Source: Candidatus Omnitrophota bacterium
Lineage (GTDB): Bacteria > Omnitrophota > Gorgyraeia > 1-14-0-20-64-10
Direction: 5' to 3'
NCBI GenBank assembly: GCA_016177405.1
Contig: JACOVG010000024.1
Location: 71,079-135,078, forward strand
DNA length: 64,000 nt
The first letter of the stretch is position 1, and every line of letters begins with the position of its first letter. This document shows, piece by piece, positions 15,623 to 27,700 of the stretch. Made by a program: the position numbers and the translations under genes. The notes beneath the pieces were generated by a model, which was not told the DNA's origin, made no database searches, and saw only the letters and a list, made by a program, of their open reading frames with translations.

Positions 15623-17091
15623 CCCGCTACATCCTCGCGATAGACCAGGGGACCACCGGCACCCGCGCCATTTTGTTTGACCGAGGCGGGCGGCCGGCGG
15701 CCTGGGCCTACCAAGAGATCAGGCAATATTTCCCAAAACCCGGCTGGGTGGAGCATGATCCCGAGGAGATCTGGGGCTCCACCCTGCGGGTGATCGGCCG
15801 GGCCCTTTCCAAAGCCCGCGTCCCTCCCGCGCGAATCGCCGCCATCGGCATCACCAATCAGCGGGAGACCACCATCCTCTGGGACCGCCGGACCGGGCGC
15901 CCCATCCACCGGGCGATCGTCTGGCAGGATCGCCGGACCGCCCAGATGTGCCGGCGCCTCAAGAAAGAGGGGCCCAGCGTCCAGGAGATCACCGGCCTTG
16001 TGCTTGATCCTTATTTCTCCGGGACCAAGGCCGCTTGGCTTTTAAACCAGGTCCCGGGCGCCCGAGCCAAAGCGGTTTCCGGCCGCTTGGCCTTCGGGAC
16101 CGTGGATTCCTGGCTCCTCTGGAAGCTGACCGGCGGCCAGGTTCACGCGACCGATTTCACCAACGCCTCCCGGACCCTTCTGTATGGACTTCGCAAGGGG
16201 GCCTGGTCTTCCGCGATGCTTAAGCTGTTGGGTGTGCCCAGGGCCCTGCTTCCGGACATCTTTCCCGCCAGCGGCACGTTTGGGGTGACCTCCAAGATCG
16301 GCTCCCTGGCCGGCGGCATTCCGATTTCCGGGATCGCCGGGGATCAGCAAGCGGCCCTCTTTGGGCAGGGCTGCACCGAGGCCGGCCAGGCCAAGAACAC
16401 CTACGGCACCGGATGCTTTCTTCTGATGCACTTGGGCTCGCGGCTCGTTTACTCGAGGCACGGGTTGATCACCACGGCCGCTTGCGATCCCCAGGGACAG
16501 CCATCCTTCGCGCTGGAGGGCTCGGTTTTCATCGCCGGGGCGGCGATCCAATGGCTGCGGGACGGCTTGAAGATCATCGAAAAGGCCCCGCAATCAGAGG
16601 TGTTGGCCCGTTCGGTTCCCGACGCGGGAGGGGTTTATTTTGTGCCGGCCTTCGTCGGGTTGGGCGCCCCCTATTGGCGGCCTGAAGCCCGGGGGCTGAT
16701 CTGCGGGATCACCCGGGGCACCACGCGGGCCCACTTGGCGCGCGCCGCGCTGGAGGCGGTCGCCTGCCAATCCCAGGAGCTGATCGAGGCGATGCGCGGC
16801 GATTCCGGTGTGAGGCTTAAGTTCCTCAAGGTGGACGGCGGCGCGTCGAGGAACAACTTCCTTCTTCAATTCCAGGCGAACCTCTCCGGTGTTCCTGTCG
16901 TGCGCCCTAAGGTCATCGAGACGACCGCTCTGGGGGCCGCCCAGTTGGCGGGCTTGGGGGTCGGCTTCTGGAATGAGAAGGATTTGGCCCGGATGCGCTC
17001 GGTGGATCGAATCTTCAAGCCGGCCTGGAGAAGAAGCCGGCGTCGGGCCGCTCTCGCCGGCTGGAAATCCGCGGTTTCGCGCGCGTTGTGA
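15619..17091 (+). CDS. glpK: Glycerol kinase (probable CTG start)
   Basis: ILAIDQGTT lies upstream of the first canonical start; TNQRET, DPYFSGTK, GDQQAALFGQ and KNTYGTG motifs follow. Confidence 0.92.
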   Translation: MTRYILAIDQGTTGTRAILFDRGGRPAAWAYQEIRQYFPKPGWVEHDPEEIWGSTLRVIGRALSKARVPPARIAAIGITNQRETTILWDRRTGRPIHRAIVWQDRRTAQMCRRLKKEGPSVQEITGLVLDPYFSGTKAAWLLNQVPGARAKAVSGRLAFGTVDSWLLWKLTGGQVHATDFTNASRTLLYGLRKGAWSSAMLKLLGVPRALLPDIFPASGTFGVTSKIGSLAGGIPISGIAGDQQAALFGQGCTEAGQAKNTYGTGCFLLMHLGSRLVYSRHGLITTAACDPQGQPSFALEGSVFIAGAAIQWLRDGLKIIEKAPQSEVLARSVPDAGGVYFVPAFVGLGAPYWRPEARGLICGITRGTTRAHLARAALEAVACQSQELIEAMRGDSGVRLKFLKVDGGASRNNFLLQFQANLSGVPVVRPKVIETTALGAAQLAGLGVGFWNEKDLARMRSVDRIFKPAWRRSRRRAALAGWKSAVSRAL

Positions 17092-18572
17092 CCCGCGACC
17101 CTTCCCATCTCGCCTCCCGAACCTTCGACCTGCTCATCGTCGGCGGCGGGATCATGGGGGCGGGGATCGCCTGGGACGCCGCGTCGCGGGGCCTCTCCTG
17201 CGCCCTGGTGGAGCAGGGGGACTTTGCCGGAGGTGCCTCCTCCAAAACCACCAAACTGATCCACGGCGGCATCCGCTACCTGGAACAGCTCGATTTCGGG
17301 CTGGTGCGCCAATCAATCCGGGAACGCGGGAGGCTTCTTCAGATCGCGCCTCATCTTGTCAAGCCGCTCCCGTTTCTGATTCCGGTTGCGGGTGATTCGC
17401 CGCGCCCTTGGCCATGGGTCTGGGCCGGCGTTACCCTGTATGATTTCCTGGCCGGGGAAAACCGCGTCCGGGCCCGCCGGTTCTTGAACGCGGGAGAAAT
17501 GACCGATGAGGAGCCGGTCCTTTCCGGGGTGCCGGCCGCGCGCGGCGCCCTTTACCACGATGCCCAGATGGACGATGCCCGGCTGGTCCTGGCAGTCCTT
17601 CAGGCCGCCCATGCCGCCGGGGCACAGGCCGTCAACCACTGCTCGGTCGTCCGTTGGATCCTGCAGGCGGGGAAGGTGAGCGGCGCCGAGGTGGAGGATC
17701 GCGTAAGCGGCAGGCGTTACACGGTGAAGGCCGGCGCCGTGGTCAACGCCGCCGGCCCCTGGGTGGATCGCTTGAGGCGTTTGGCCGATCCGGCCGCCCA
17801 GCCCATCGTTCGCCCCTCCAAGGGGATTCACCTGGTCTACCCGGATCTGGGACTGAAGCACGCCCTCCTGCTGGCGGCGCCCCAGGACCACAGGATCTTC
17901 TTTCTGATTCCCTGGCGGAATCTTACCCTGATTGGCACCACCGACACCGATTATTCCGGCGACCCGAGCCAGGCCCAGGCCGCCCCAGAGGACGTGGAGT
18001 ACCTGATGGCTCAAACCAACCGTCTCTTGCCGCGCCTGCGGCTTGAAAAGACAAAGGTGATCTCCACCTTTGCCGGTGTGCGCCCGCTCATGGCACAGGA
18101 AAAGAAGGACCCCTGGGCGGTCGGCCGGGGCCACCTGATCCACGAGGACAAGAATGGCCTAGTGAGTCTGGCTGGCGGAAAGTTCACCACCTTTAGGAGG
18201 GTCGCCGAAGAGGTGGTGGACCTCCTGGCCAAGCGTTTCCCGGAAAAGAAACTGGCTTCCTGCTGTACTGCGCGATCTCCGTTAGGTCAGGCCCTCACGC
18301 CTGGTTCTGTCCAGGCGCCGCCCCTGTGCCCCCACCATCCCTTCACCCAGGAGGATGTCCGCCGCGCAGTCCAGGAAGAGATGGCGGTCACCTTGAGCGA
18401 TCTCCTCTGGCGCCGCCTTCAGGTGGGCCATTCTCCTTGTCATGGCCTGGATGGGCTTCAGGCGGCCGCCGAGACGATGGGCGGCCTCCTGGGCTGGTCC
18501 GCGGGCGAGGTGAACCGGCAGGTGGAGCGTTATCGGCAAGAGGTAGAGGAATCCCGGTCCGCGCTTGGTTAA
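17088..18572 (+). CDS. glpD: Glycerol-3-phosphate dehydrogenase (FAD)
   Basis: GGGIMG, SSKTTKLIHGGIRYLE, GVRPL and GGKFTTFR motifs; follows glpK. Confidence 0.92.
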   Translation: MTRDPSHLASRTFDLLIVGGGIMGAGIAWDAASRGLSCALVEQGDFAGGASSKTTKLIHGGIRYLEQLDFGLVRQSIRERGRLLQIAPHLVKPLPFLIPVAGDSPRPWPWVWAGVTLYDFLAGENRVRARRFLNAGEMTDEEPVLSGVPAARGALYHDAQMDDARLVLAVLQAAHAAGAQAVNHCSVVRWILQAGKVSGAEVEDRVSGRRYTVKAGAVVNAAGPWVDRLRRLADPAAQPIVRPSKGIHLVYPDLGLKHALLLAAPQDHRIFFLIPWRNLTLIGTTDTDYSGDPSQAQAAPEDVEYLMAQTNRLLPRLRLEKTKVISTFAGVRPLMAQEKKDPWAVGRGHLIHEDKNGLVSLAGGKFTTFRRVAEEVVDLLAKRFPEKKLASCCTARSPLGQALTPGSVQAPPLCPHHPFTQEDVRRAVQEEMAVTLSDLLWRRLQVGHSPCHGLDGLQAAAETMGGLLGWSAGEVNRQVERYRQEVEESRSALG

Positions 18573-18704
18573 TATTTATATATAGCCAGATTTTGACTTG
18601 TTTTTGGCCGGCAGATCGGCCATACTTAAGGTGAAACAGTAAAATGGGATGCCGGGCTTAACCCGGAGCCCTTTTTCTTTCTGGGCTTCTTTGAGCCTTA
18701 AAAG

Positions 18705-21700
18705 ATGAAAAAACTACGATCGCTCATCTCGCTTGCCTTGGCGCTCCAGCTTGCCCTGCCAAACCCTGCCGGAGTTTACCCAGAGCTTAGTCGAAGGGCC
18801 CTGCGCGTTAACCAGCTAAGAGAAGACCCCGCCGGAAAGACCCTTGCCGGTTTGGAAGAAGCCCTTCAGGGGAAGATGTTTTCAACCCCGGTGCCTGGCA
18901 CCAAGATGGCTGAAGGGGCCCGGAGGCAGATGAGCCAGTTCTTCCTGGCGCTGGGAACCTTCCTGCTCCTGTGCGCCGGAGGCAGGGGCGAAGAAGCGGT
19001 TTCGCCCCCGCTTATATCTTCAGCCGGCCCGGTATCCCCTCCATCCGATTCCAGCCAGAGAGCGCGCGGCCTGCTTTCCATCGGTCGAGGGACCTACGAA
19101 GGCGTTCTGAAGTCGCCAGCCAGAAGCTGGGCGGTTGGGGAGTTTGCCGAGAGTTATGAAGAATACGAGAGGATGCTGGCCAAGTTTCCCGACCTCCCGC
19201 CCATGGTCGAAGAGGCCTTGGATTACCTGAAGGAGAACCACCCTGGGATTTATGAGCGGTACGTCTTGCCCGGGATCTCTCGAATCATCCTGGTGGAAGG
19301 GGACATCCTAACCGCTCAAGCGCTGGGAGAGGGGAATGTTCTTCTCGCGGATGCCACCGTGCGGCACCTTCACGCCATGCCCCGCCAGGATCGTCCTCGC
19401 GTTCTCGCGGGAATCTTGGCTCATGAGGCGGTCCACAATACCCATCGCCAAAGAGGGCGTTTCCCCTCCACGAAGGACGAAGAGCCGGCGGACAGCGCTC
19501 TCGCCATGGAAGAGCTCACCGCCTACCTGATTCAGGCAGCCATTCCATTTGCCGAAACCCAACGTCCTGGAGCGATTCAGCCCATGGGGTATCTCATTTT
19601 TCAGGAGGATCTCTTTGGCCTGCGGCATGTTTCCGACGGACATTGGCTTGGGCTTTTCTCCGGGTTGGTGATCGGCCAAGGCGGTCTTTTCTTTCCGGAC
19701 GAGCTGGGCAGGCCCCCGAAGGTCCTCTGGCCGCTGGCCTCTCGGAGGATTCAAGCGCTTGCAAAGATCGAGCGGATGGAGCGGCAGAGGTTTGGAGAGG
19801 AGACGGCCGTTGAATTCCTGATATTCCACAAGGGAGAGGAAGATCCGAGGGCGGTCTATGTGGAGTATCGAATCCGGGAGGTGATCTATCGGCGGAAGGT
19901 TGACGTCAGAAGAGGCGGGAGGACATCGGTTGGGAAACCTGCAGTCGTTTCAAGGGACGCGTCGGTCTTTCATCGGGAGGTTCAAGAGCCATATGAGACA
20001 AAAGGGGGACCTGCCGCGGACCCCAAGGTCCTTAGGGATCTCAAGGCCTTCTTATTGGAGGTTGCCCAGCAGTTGTCAAATGAGCCAAGGACGCCGGCCG
20101 ATCAACGCCTCCTTGAGGTCATCCGTGAGATTCAAAAAAGATTAGAACCCCCCCCGGCGCCGCCCAAGCCCACGGTGCCTGGCAGAAAAGGGCTAGAAAC
20201 CCCCACCGGGCTGGGCAGGGCGGAGACGCAGCCGCCGAACCAGCCGCGGACGTTCTGGGCGGCCCGCGGCAACGGTAAAGTTCCCTTCACCCCAACGGCC
20301 CTCACTCGTAAATCAACTCCTCCGGTGTCTGGCCCCACCGCTGGGCTGGAGGAGGGGACCTCGCTTAAGAGGCGGATGGAGATTGCCAAAGGTCATGGCG
20401 CTCTCTACATCTCATTGATCGATATCTTCTTAAGACCAGGAGATTTGGAGGAGAAAAACCAGAGGGTCGAGCAGCAGATTCGAGACCTCCCCCCCGGATT
20501 TCCGAAAAGCATGAAGGAAGGTTACCTTGAAGGATATCGGAGATTTCTAGGAGGACTTGCAGCTAACCATGCTCTTCTTGAGGATTTTAGACAAGAAGGA
20601 GTCCGCGGACTTCTTTCGCGTCTGGCCTTGAGTTTAGAGGAAGATCCAGCAAGACCTTCGATGAGGATAAAGGCTGTTCGAGGAGTGTTAGAACGGAGTT
20701 TGAGCAGGGAAATGAATGATGCGGATTATCTTCTCACCACGTTCATCGTCTCATCTGGCCTTGAGAAGAAAAAGGATATGAATGAGATCGAACTTGATCT
20801 GCAAAAAGTCTTAGCTCACCCGGTTCGTCAAGGGTCCACACGCCTTTTAGAACCGACGCGGGGTGTTCTCATCGTTGAGGTCCAGGAAGAACTCATTCGT
20901 TTGATGCAAAATCGTGGGCTGCTGCTTTGGGCAGGGGCAGCGTTTTACGTTCCAAGTGAAAGCAATCATTTACCCAATTTTATTATAGTGCCAGACAATT
21001 CTCAGCTTTGGAAAAAGGCCCTGGCAAACGAGAGATACCTTACGGATGACCCTGATGTTCGCCATGAATTTCATCACCTCGTTTGGGATCTCCTCATGCG
21101 CAGCGGGTTCTTAAGAGAAACAAAGGAATCATCGGTGGGCAGGAGTAAAGCCTTTGATGGTTTTAGAGACGAGGTTAGCGCCTATATCGTTGCTGCCAAT
21201 AAACATTTCGCGGGAGTAGAACCAAAGTTACTGAATTATCTGGAGGGGACAGGTGACCTATCCGCAGACGCTCGGAAGGCGACCCGCGATGCGAGGGATT
21301 TTTCCGCCGCCGCTATGGAGATAGCCGAACAGCTAGGCATTCCCCGTTCCGCCTTTCTCTATGCTTCCATGACAGCGAGAAATTTCTCCGAGTTAAAAAG
21401 ACTTTTTGCGGAGTTAACTCCCTTACGCAAGTTGGAAGACCTTGAGGCCTGCGGCTTGCTCTATGCCGCATGGGAGAAATTGAGATATGAAGCGGATGTA
21501 AGCAAATCCATCGGAGATCTGCTTCGGGAGAAAGGGTTACGCGTCGACCCGGCCCTCGCACAAGCGTTTGCCATCCATCACCTCCGATCAGACGAAAAGT
21601 CCTTCCAGCGGTTGGGCGAGCTGGATGAAGAGTTGGGAAGAATTGAGAAGGTCTTTGCGGCATTTGGGTCGAGGCTTCCATCTCGGGAGGGCGTCTTGGA

Positions 21701-24700
21701 AGCCGTCTTTGAAACCCGGCTCCCTCTGCCTCTTGAAACGCGCCAAACCATCCGGACGTTCTCGTTGGGCGAACGGACTGGAATCCCGCTGGGTTTGAAA
21801 CCAGAGGATTTCTTAACGTCCCTCGTCTCCTTCCTTCTCATCGATGATCCCGCCACAGGGAACAGGTTCAGAATATACCAAGCCATCGTTCGCTCTTCAC
21901 CTGTTATGCTGGCGGCCTTCCGAAAGGTTCAGGACGAGATTATTCGTAAGGGGAGTCAGGCTTACCGGATCGAGATGAAGGGGAGGGGGGCATTGGAGGC
22001 CGAGATCAAAACGATATCGGACTGGATAAAACGCTTAGGTGAACCGCCGCCAGCGTTGGACACCCCAGCGCCAGCCACCCCCGCCGGGCTGGAGAAGGTG
22101 GTGAGGGGAAATTTGGCCATGCTAAGGCAGGCGTACCCTCTTATGGAGAGTGCCGTTGTTCCTGAACCATTTGTGAGGGGAGAAAAGAACAGACCCCATC
22201 TCTATTTCGCCCTGAATGGGGCGGGGAAGATCCTCGAAATTAGACAAGATTGGGTGAGTACGGAAGATCGTGCGGCAAAATGGGTTCTGGGGCTTGCCTT
22301 ACGCTGGCCCGCCAAGGGGCCATTTCAACTCAGTACGGCTAAAAGAGATGTTGAAATTATAACGGGTCCAAGCGGCGCTGGCTACTCGAAATTGCCGAAG
22401 CTTTTTCTAGATTCAATAAAGTTGTTTAATCGGGTCCCCTATCCGTTCGCCGCCCTGACACGTTTTTCTCCCGATGAAGCCCAAAAGGAACTGGGCCAGT
22501 TCAAAGGACTGGGGAAGCTGCAGGCGGCGGAAACGTGGGTGGGACATGGCGGCACCAATAGGCGTGAAAAGATCTCGTTGGTGGATCCCCCAGGAAACCT
22601 CTGGTTTATCCATCTTAAGGACGTGATGGTTGAAAAGACGACGCGGGAAGAAAGATTTCTAGAGGGTTCTCTCTTCGTCAGGCAAAGGCAAATCTCTTTG
22701 GGTGAACTTCAGAAACTCATTGCTTCCTCTTCGCTTATCCAGAGGTTTCCCCGATCCCCCGCCGGGCTGGAGGAGGGATGGCTAAAGCGTGCTTTGAAGC
22801 GGTTTGGCTTTGTTTCAGGAAAACCGGTTCTTGAAGACAAGAAAGCGCAAGAAGGCCCACGGGCTGTTGCTGCCAGAGACCTCATTGCTAGGGGTGAGAA
22901 GCCAGAAGGCATCACCGAGGTGGTTGGTTACTTGGAGAGTGTTTTAGAAGAGGAACGGCGGAACGCCCAAATGGCTCTTACCCAGATTGCTGACGATAAG
23001 CAAAATAGCGATCCCGCCAAGGTGAACTTCCTTCGAGCCATGAACAACGCCCAGGTAGTCCAGAAGAGCGTTCCCAATCTCTTTAGGCCGGGCGTTTACC
23101 GTGCAGCTTACGATACCCTTAGAGAACTTGTCTCCTATGGAGAGTTCAATGAGGCATTCATTTCAGTGATTCCCATTTTGGCGGAGAAGCTCTCGTCTTC
23201 AGATGGGGACGTTCGCCTGCCCAGCCTAGCAGTCCTGAATTACCTTGCTGGGTTCGAGAAGTTCGCTGAGGCCATTAAGAAAGCCCGGGTACTGGAAAAG
23301 TGCCTCGCCAACCCCAACCTCTTACGCGATACGGCCAATCTCTACAGGAGACATGATGTTGAGCCGAGTATCTATCTTCTTTTCCTGAATGTGCCTGCCT
23401 ACCTTGGAACATTCAACTCCCGAGTTATCCCTCTACTGGCTGCCGGTTATTCGGATTCGGATCCATTAATCCGCAACGAGGCCAGCAGGGTTCTCCTTCG
23501 GCTTGCCCACTACCTGGAATTGTGGACAGCATACGTCACTCGAGTTATCCCCGCCATCCTGGGCAACCTTATGAATCCAGATGAATCCATCCGCGATTCG
23601 GCCAGGAGCGATCTCCTCGCTTTGGATAGCACACGCCCTTATTATCCGTTCCCCGAGGATGCCGACCTCGACGGACTTCATCAAGCAATCGTCTCCCGCA
23701 TTCCGCCTCCAGTCTTAACGGCCTACCGGCAGGCATGGTTTGATGGCAAGACGCTCAAGGCTTTGGATAATCCATTTAGGTCTGATGCGGTGAATGCGCT
23801 TAGCCAAGATATTTTTAAGAGAGACGCTGGATCGAAGGAGGAACGCCTGCTGCTTCAACTTCTTGGAGAGTTCTCTCCGGAGAAGGCCGCCGAGATCAAG
23901 AGTGTCTTGGAAAAAAGATCACGGGCACCTGGAACCGGCTTGCCAGGTGCCGCCGGGCTGGAGGAGGTGGCCGAAGAACTCAAGGGGCAGACGCTAAAGC
24001 TGCTCAACGACGTGTTTGGCGGCTCTGAAATCAAGCAGGTGACAAGGGAAGCGCTCGGGCGCCTCCAGGAAAGATTCGACAGGGCCCCAAGCGAGGAGAA
24101 GCGCGGCATCCTCGGAAGATTCTGGGAGATCTACCTGCCGTCCCTCCGCAAGCTTGCTCGACAGCGCATCCAAGAGACAGCCGCCACCGCCAGGCCCCTG
24201 CCCCCAGGCCATGTGGAGCCCTCCGTGGTCATCGTTGGACCGGCCGTGAACCTGAACCTCAACATTGGCTGGATGCCGGACCCGGAGGATTCCCAGCGGC
24301 TCGTCGTAGATCCAGGCGCGACCAGTTTGAAGGCCAACGGATCCCCAACGAACGTCATGGAGACCTTGCTGTTTCTGGGGACTCCCTTCCGGTCAATCGG
24401 CATGCGCGGAGCCGATGGGGCGCCGGTTCACCAAATATTCTTTGAGCTCCTCGGGGCCGTAGGGATTGACCCCCAGGAATGGCCCCGTGTCTCCGGGGAT
24501 GTTGATTTCGTCCCCACGATGTCCGCTGGCACGCTGGGGCTTGATTATCGCTTCATCCCGCCTCTCCCTCCCTGGAAGAATGCCGAGTTGTCGAATTACA
24601 CCGGCGCGGTGTCTCGGGTCACTGAAGAGCTCGCCACAGGGGGAAGACCGCACGGGGCCTTGGCGGTGACCAGCCGCGTTCCGGCCAACGCCCCCTCAGA

Positions 24701-27700
24701 CTTTCTCTCGCAGCTCTTTCGGATCGGGAAGAAGGGAGGCCTGTTCGTGGTCTATGATCCCAAGACGAACACCCTGGAGAATCCGGAGATCCGCAGCGCC
24801 ATCGTGGCTGAAGGACCCCACCTCATCACGCCGAACCTGGAAGAGTTCTCTGTGCTGGTCGGCCTTCCTCTCGAAGAGCTTCAGACTCCGGAGCAGATCA
24901 TCGTTGCAGCCCATCGGCTGATCGGACGGCCGAAAACCGATATCCCAATGATCCTAATTTCGCTCGGAGACAGGGGGGCTCTGCTGATCGACAAGGAGCG
25001 TGCAGCCTACGCCAACGTGCCGCCGGTTTCCGTCGTCGGCCCGGGAGGGGCAGGGGACGCCGGTCTGGCCGGTTTGTTGCGCCAATACGCCCAGACGGAG
25101 GCGTCCCAGAGGCCATTCTCCACCCTAAGGGACTCGGAGTTCCTGTCCCTGCTGCGCGCCTACGTCGCCGCTGGGGCCGCGGCGGTCCTGATGCCTGGCG
25201 ATGAGTCTCCCTTCCTGGAGGGTGTCGTTCAAATGGAGCAGCAGGTCCGAACGACGTTCTTCCGGGGAGAGCTTCCTTCAGAACATCTGGCCGGGCTTTT
25301 TACCCCAGTGGAACGCCCTACTGCCCAAAGCCCCTATCAGAACCGGGTGTGGGTACCGCGGCTGGGGCGTTTTTTCTTCGCGGATGAGGAGGTCATCTCT
25401 CCGGACAATGCCGGTTCCGACCTCTACCTGAATTTCATCCTCTCCAACCCGAGTCTCTTTAGGGATAAGACGGTTCTGGAGCCCTTCACCGGTTCCGGTG
25501 TGCTGGCGTACGCCTTGGCGTCGGTTGGGGCCACGGTGGTGGCGACGGATGTCTCTGAATCGGCGATTCGCCTCGCTGAAAGGAACCGCCAGGATTGGCC
25601 GCCGGAAATCCGGGGCCGGGTGACGTTCGGGATCAGCGATGTCTATGGCAATCTGTGGAGAATCACCGCTCTACGTGAATTCGATGTGATGATTGGCAAC
25701 AATCCCACCCAGAGGCAGGATCCTCTGCCTGGGGATGGGGCCTCCTACATGACAAGTGCCGGCGAGCATTTTGAAGTCATCCGGGAGGCCATCACCGGGC
25801 TCGCTGTCCTGCTTAAGCCTGGCGGCAGCGCCTATTTGCAGACCCGTGTTGTTCAGGAGCAGGAGGAACCTCTGCGCCGGCTGACAGCCGAACACCTCAA
25901 GGAGAAACTCCTTCCAGAGGGGTGGGATCTTGAGCCGACCAGCTACGAGGGGATGGGCAGGACCGAGTTGATTCCGCTTGTGATTAACCGCATCTTCCGC
26001 ACCCCCGCCGGGTTGGAAGAGGAGGAGGCGGGTGGACGGGTGAGGGGATGGGCTTTGTCGCTGATTGGCCGCCTGTTTCAATTCCCGAGTCGGCTTGTGA
26101 CAGAGCGGAAACTCATGAAGATCCTGAAAAATCCCAACGATAACCCGTACGAACGACGTTTGGATGCCTTGGAAGTCGTTTCTATCACAGGGGACAAGAG
26201 GTTGCGCGCCAAGTGGGATTCTTCTCCTGGCTGGGATTTGAGTTATCGGGAAGCGGTAATAAAGCACTTGGCCAGGATGGGAAGCAAGAAGCTCGTGCCC
26301 CTGCTTAGGGAAATCCTTCAGGATCCAAAGACAGAAACTGCGGCTGGCGTGGTGGCAGCAAGGGAGATGATCGATTTGGGGGCCACGGACGTGGCGGTTG
26401 CGTACCTTGGTCAGGCGGTGGGGAAAGAAGAAATCCCCCCGCAGAGTCATGAGGATGTTATCAAGGCGTTATGGAAAGAAGAAATCTCGCCGCTGGATTA
26501 TGAGAATGTTATCAGGGCGCTGGGGAAAGCTGGGGGAACCGCGGCGGTGGGGTACCTTGGCAAGGTGGCGGAGAAACTGTGGCTGGGCGATGGCTCGCCC
26601 AGCTACTGGGCGCTTGAGGCACTGGGAAGGATCGGCAGCCAAGAGGCCTTGGACCGCTTAAGGGGATTTGCATCGCACCACAAGGTACAGCTCCTTCGAT
26701 TCATGGCGCAAACTGTGCTGACGGAAATTGAAAATCCGAAGAGGGCGATTCCCTCTCTGAAACAACTGATGTTGGATTCAAGGGTTCCCAATGAATTTAA
26801 GGCCACCGTTCTGGAAAGGATTGCGGAAGGCGGCTCCCCCGACGGGATTGCCTTCGTGGGAGAAATGGCCAGGGATTTGAAGATCACCTCTTTGCGGGAT
26901 AAGGCGGTTGAAGGCCTGGTCAAGAATGGCAGCCCCCAGGCGGTTGGAGAGCTCGCGGAGGTATTGAGGGTTGAGGATGGGATCTCCTCTTTCTGGGCCA
27001 GCACCCTGGAGGGCCTTGCGACGATAAAAACGCCCGAAGCGGTAGCTCTTTTAGGCAGACTGGCAACGGATAAGGGAATGCTGGTTCTTTCCAGGAGTAA
27101 AGTGATTGACCTCTTGCTCAAGGTGGAGAGCCGGCACGCCATACCGCATTTGGCTAAGTTGGCGCAGGAGGAGGGAGAGAACGTCCTCCTGCATGGTGAC
27201 AAGCAAGCTGCCGCTCTAAGACTCATAGAGATCGGCGGCGATGAGGCGCTTCCATACCTTAAGCAAATTGCCAGGAATGGCTGGTCTTGGACTTTGGCCA
27301 TACAGGGGCTTGGAGAAATGGGCGGCGTGGAGGGGCTTGATTTCCTGGCCAGGTTAGCCGTCGATAAAGAGGTTGACCCCAAGAGAAAGGAACGGGCCCT
27401 TTTTCAACTTGCCGATGTGAGCTCTCCCGAAGCGCTCGATTGGTTGAGAAGGGTAGCCATGGATCCTGATCAAGATCCCACCCTGCAAGCTGCGGCGATG
27501 TCGGCCTTGATGCGCGTAATTCCGAGGTCTCTTCCTTATCTGCTCGGTGGGTTGCTGGTTGCGGATGACGAAGGGATTCCATTGGCCATGTTACGGCGGT
27601 TCTCAAAGAAAGATATCCTGGCGGCGGTCAGCCGTGGTTCTCCCGGGCCAGAGAAACTTCTTTGGCTGCCCCCTGTCGGCAGCAAGGTGCCTGTGGCGCT

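Noticed and set aside
20751-20768. SGLEK inside module M2 as an additional junction
   Set aside because: No Pro-rich linker, and the DNA (tctggccttgagaag) does not match the junction word; likely chance.
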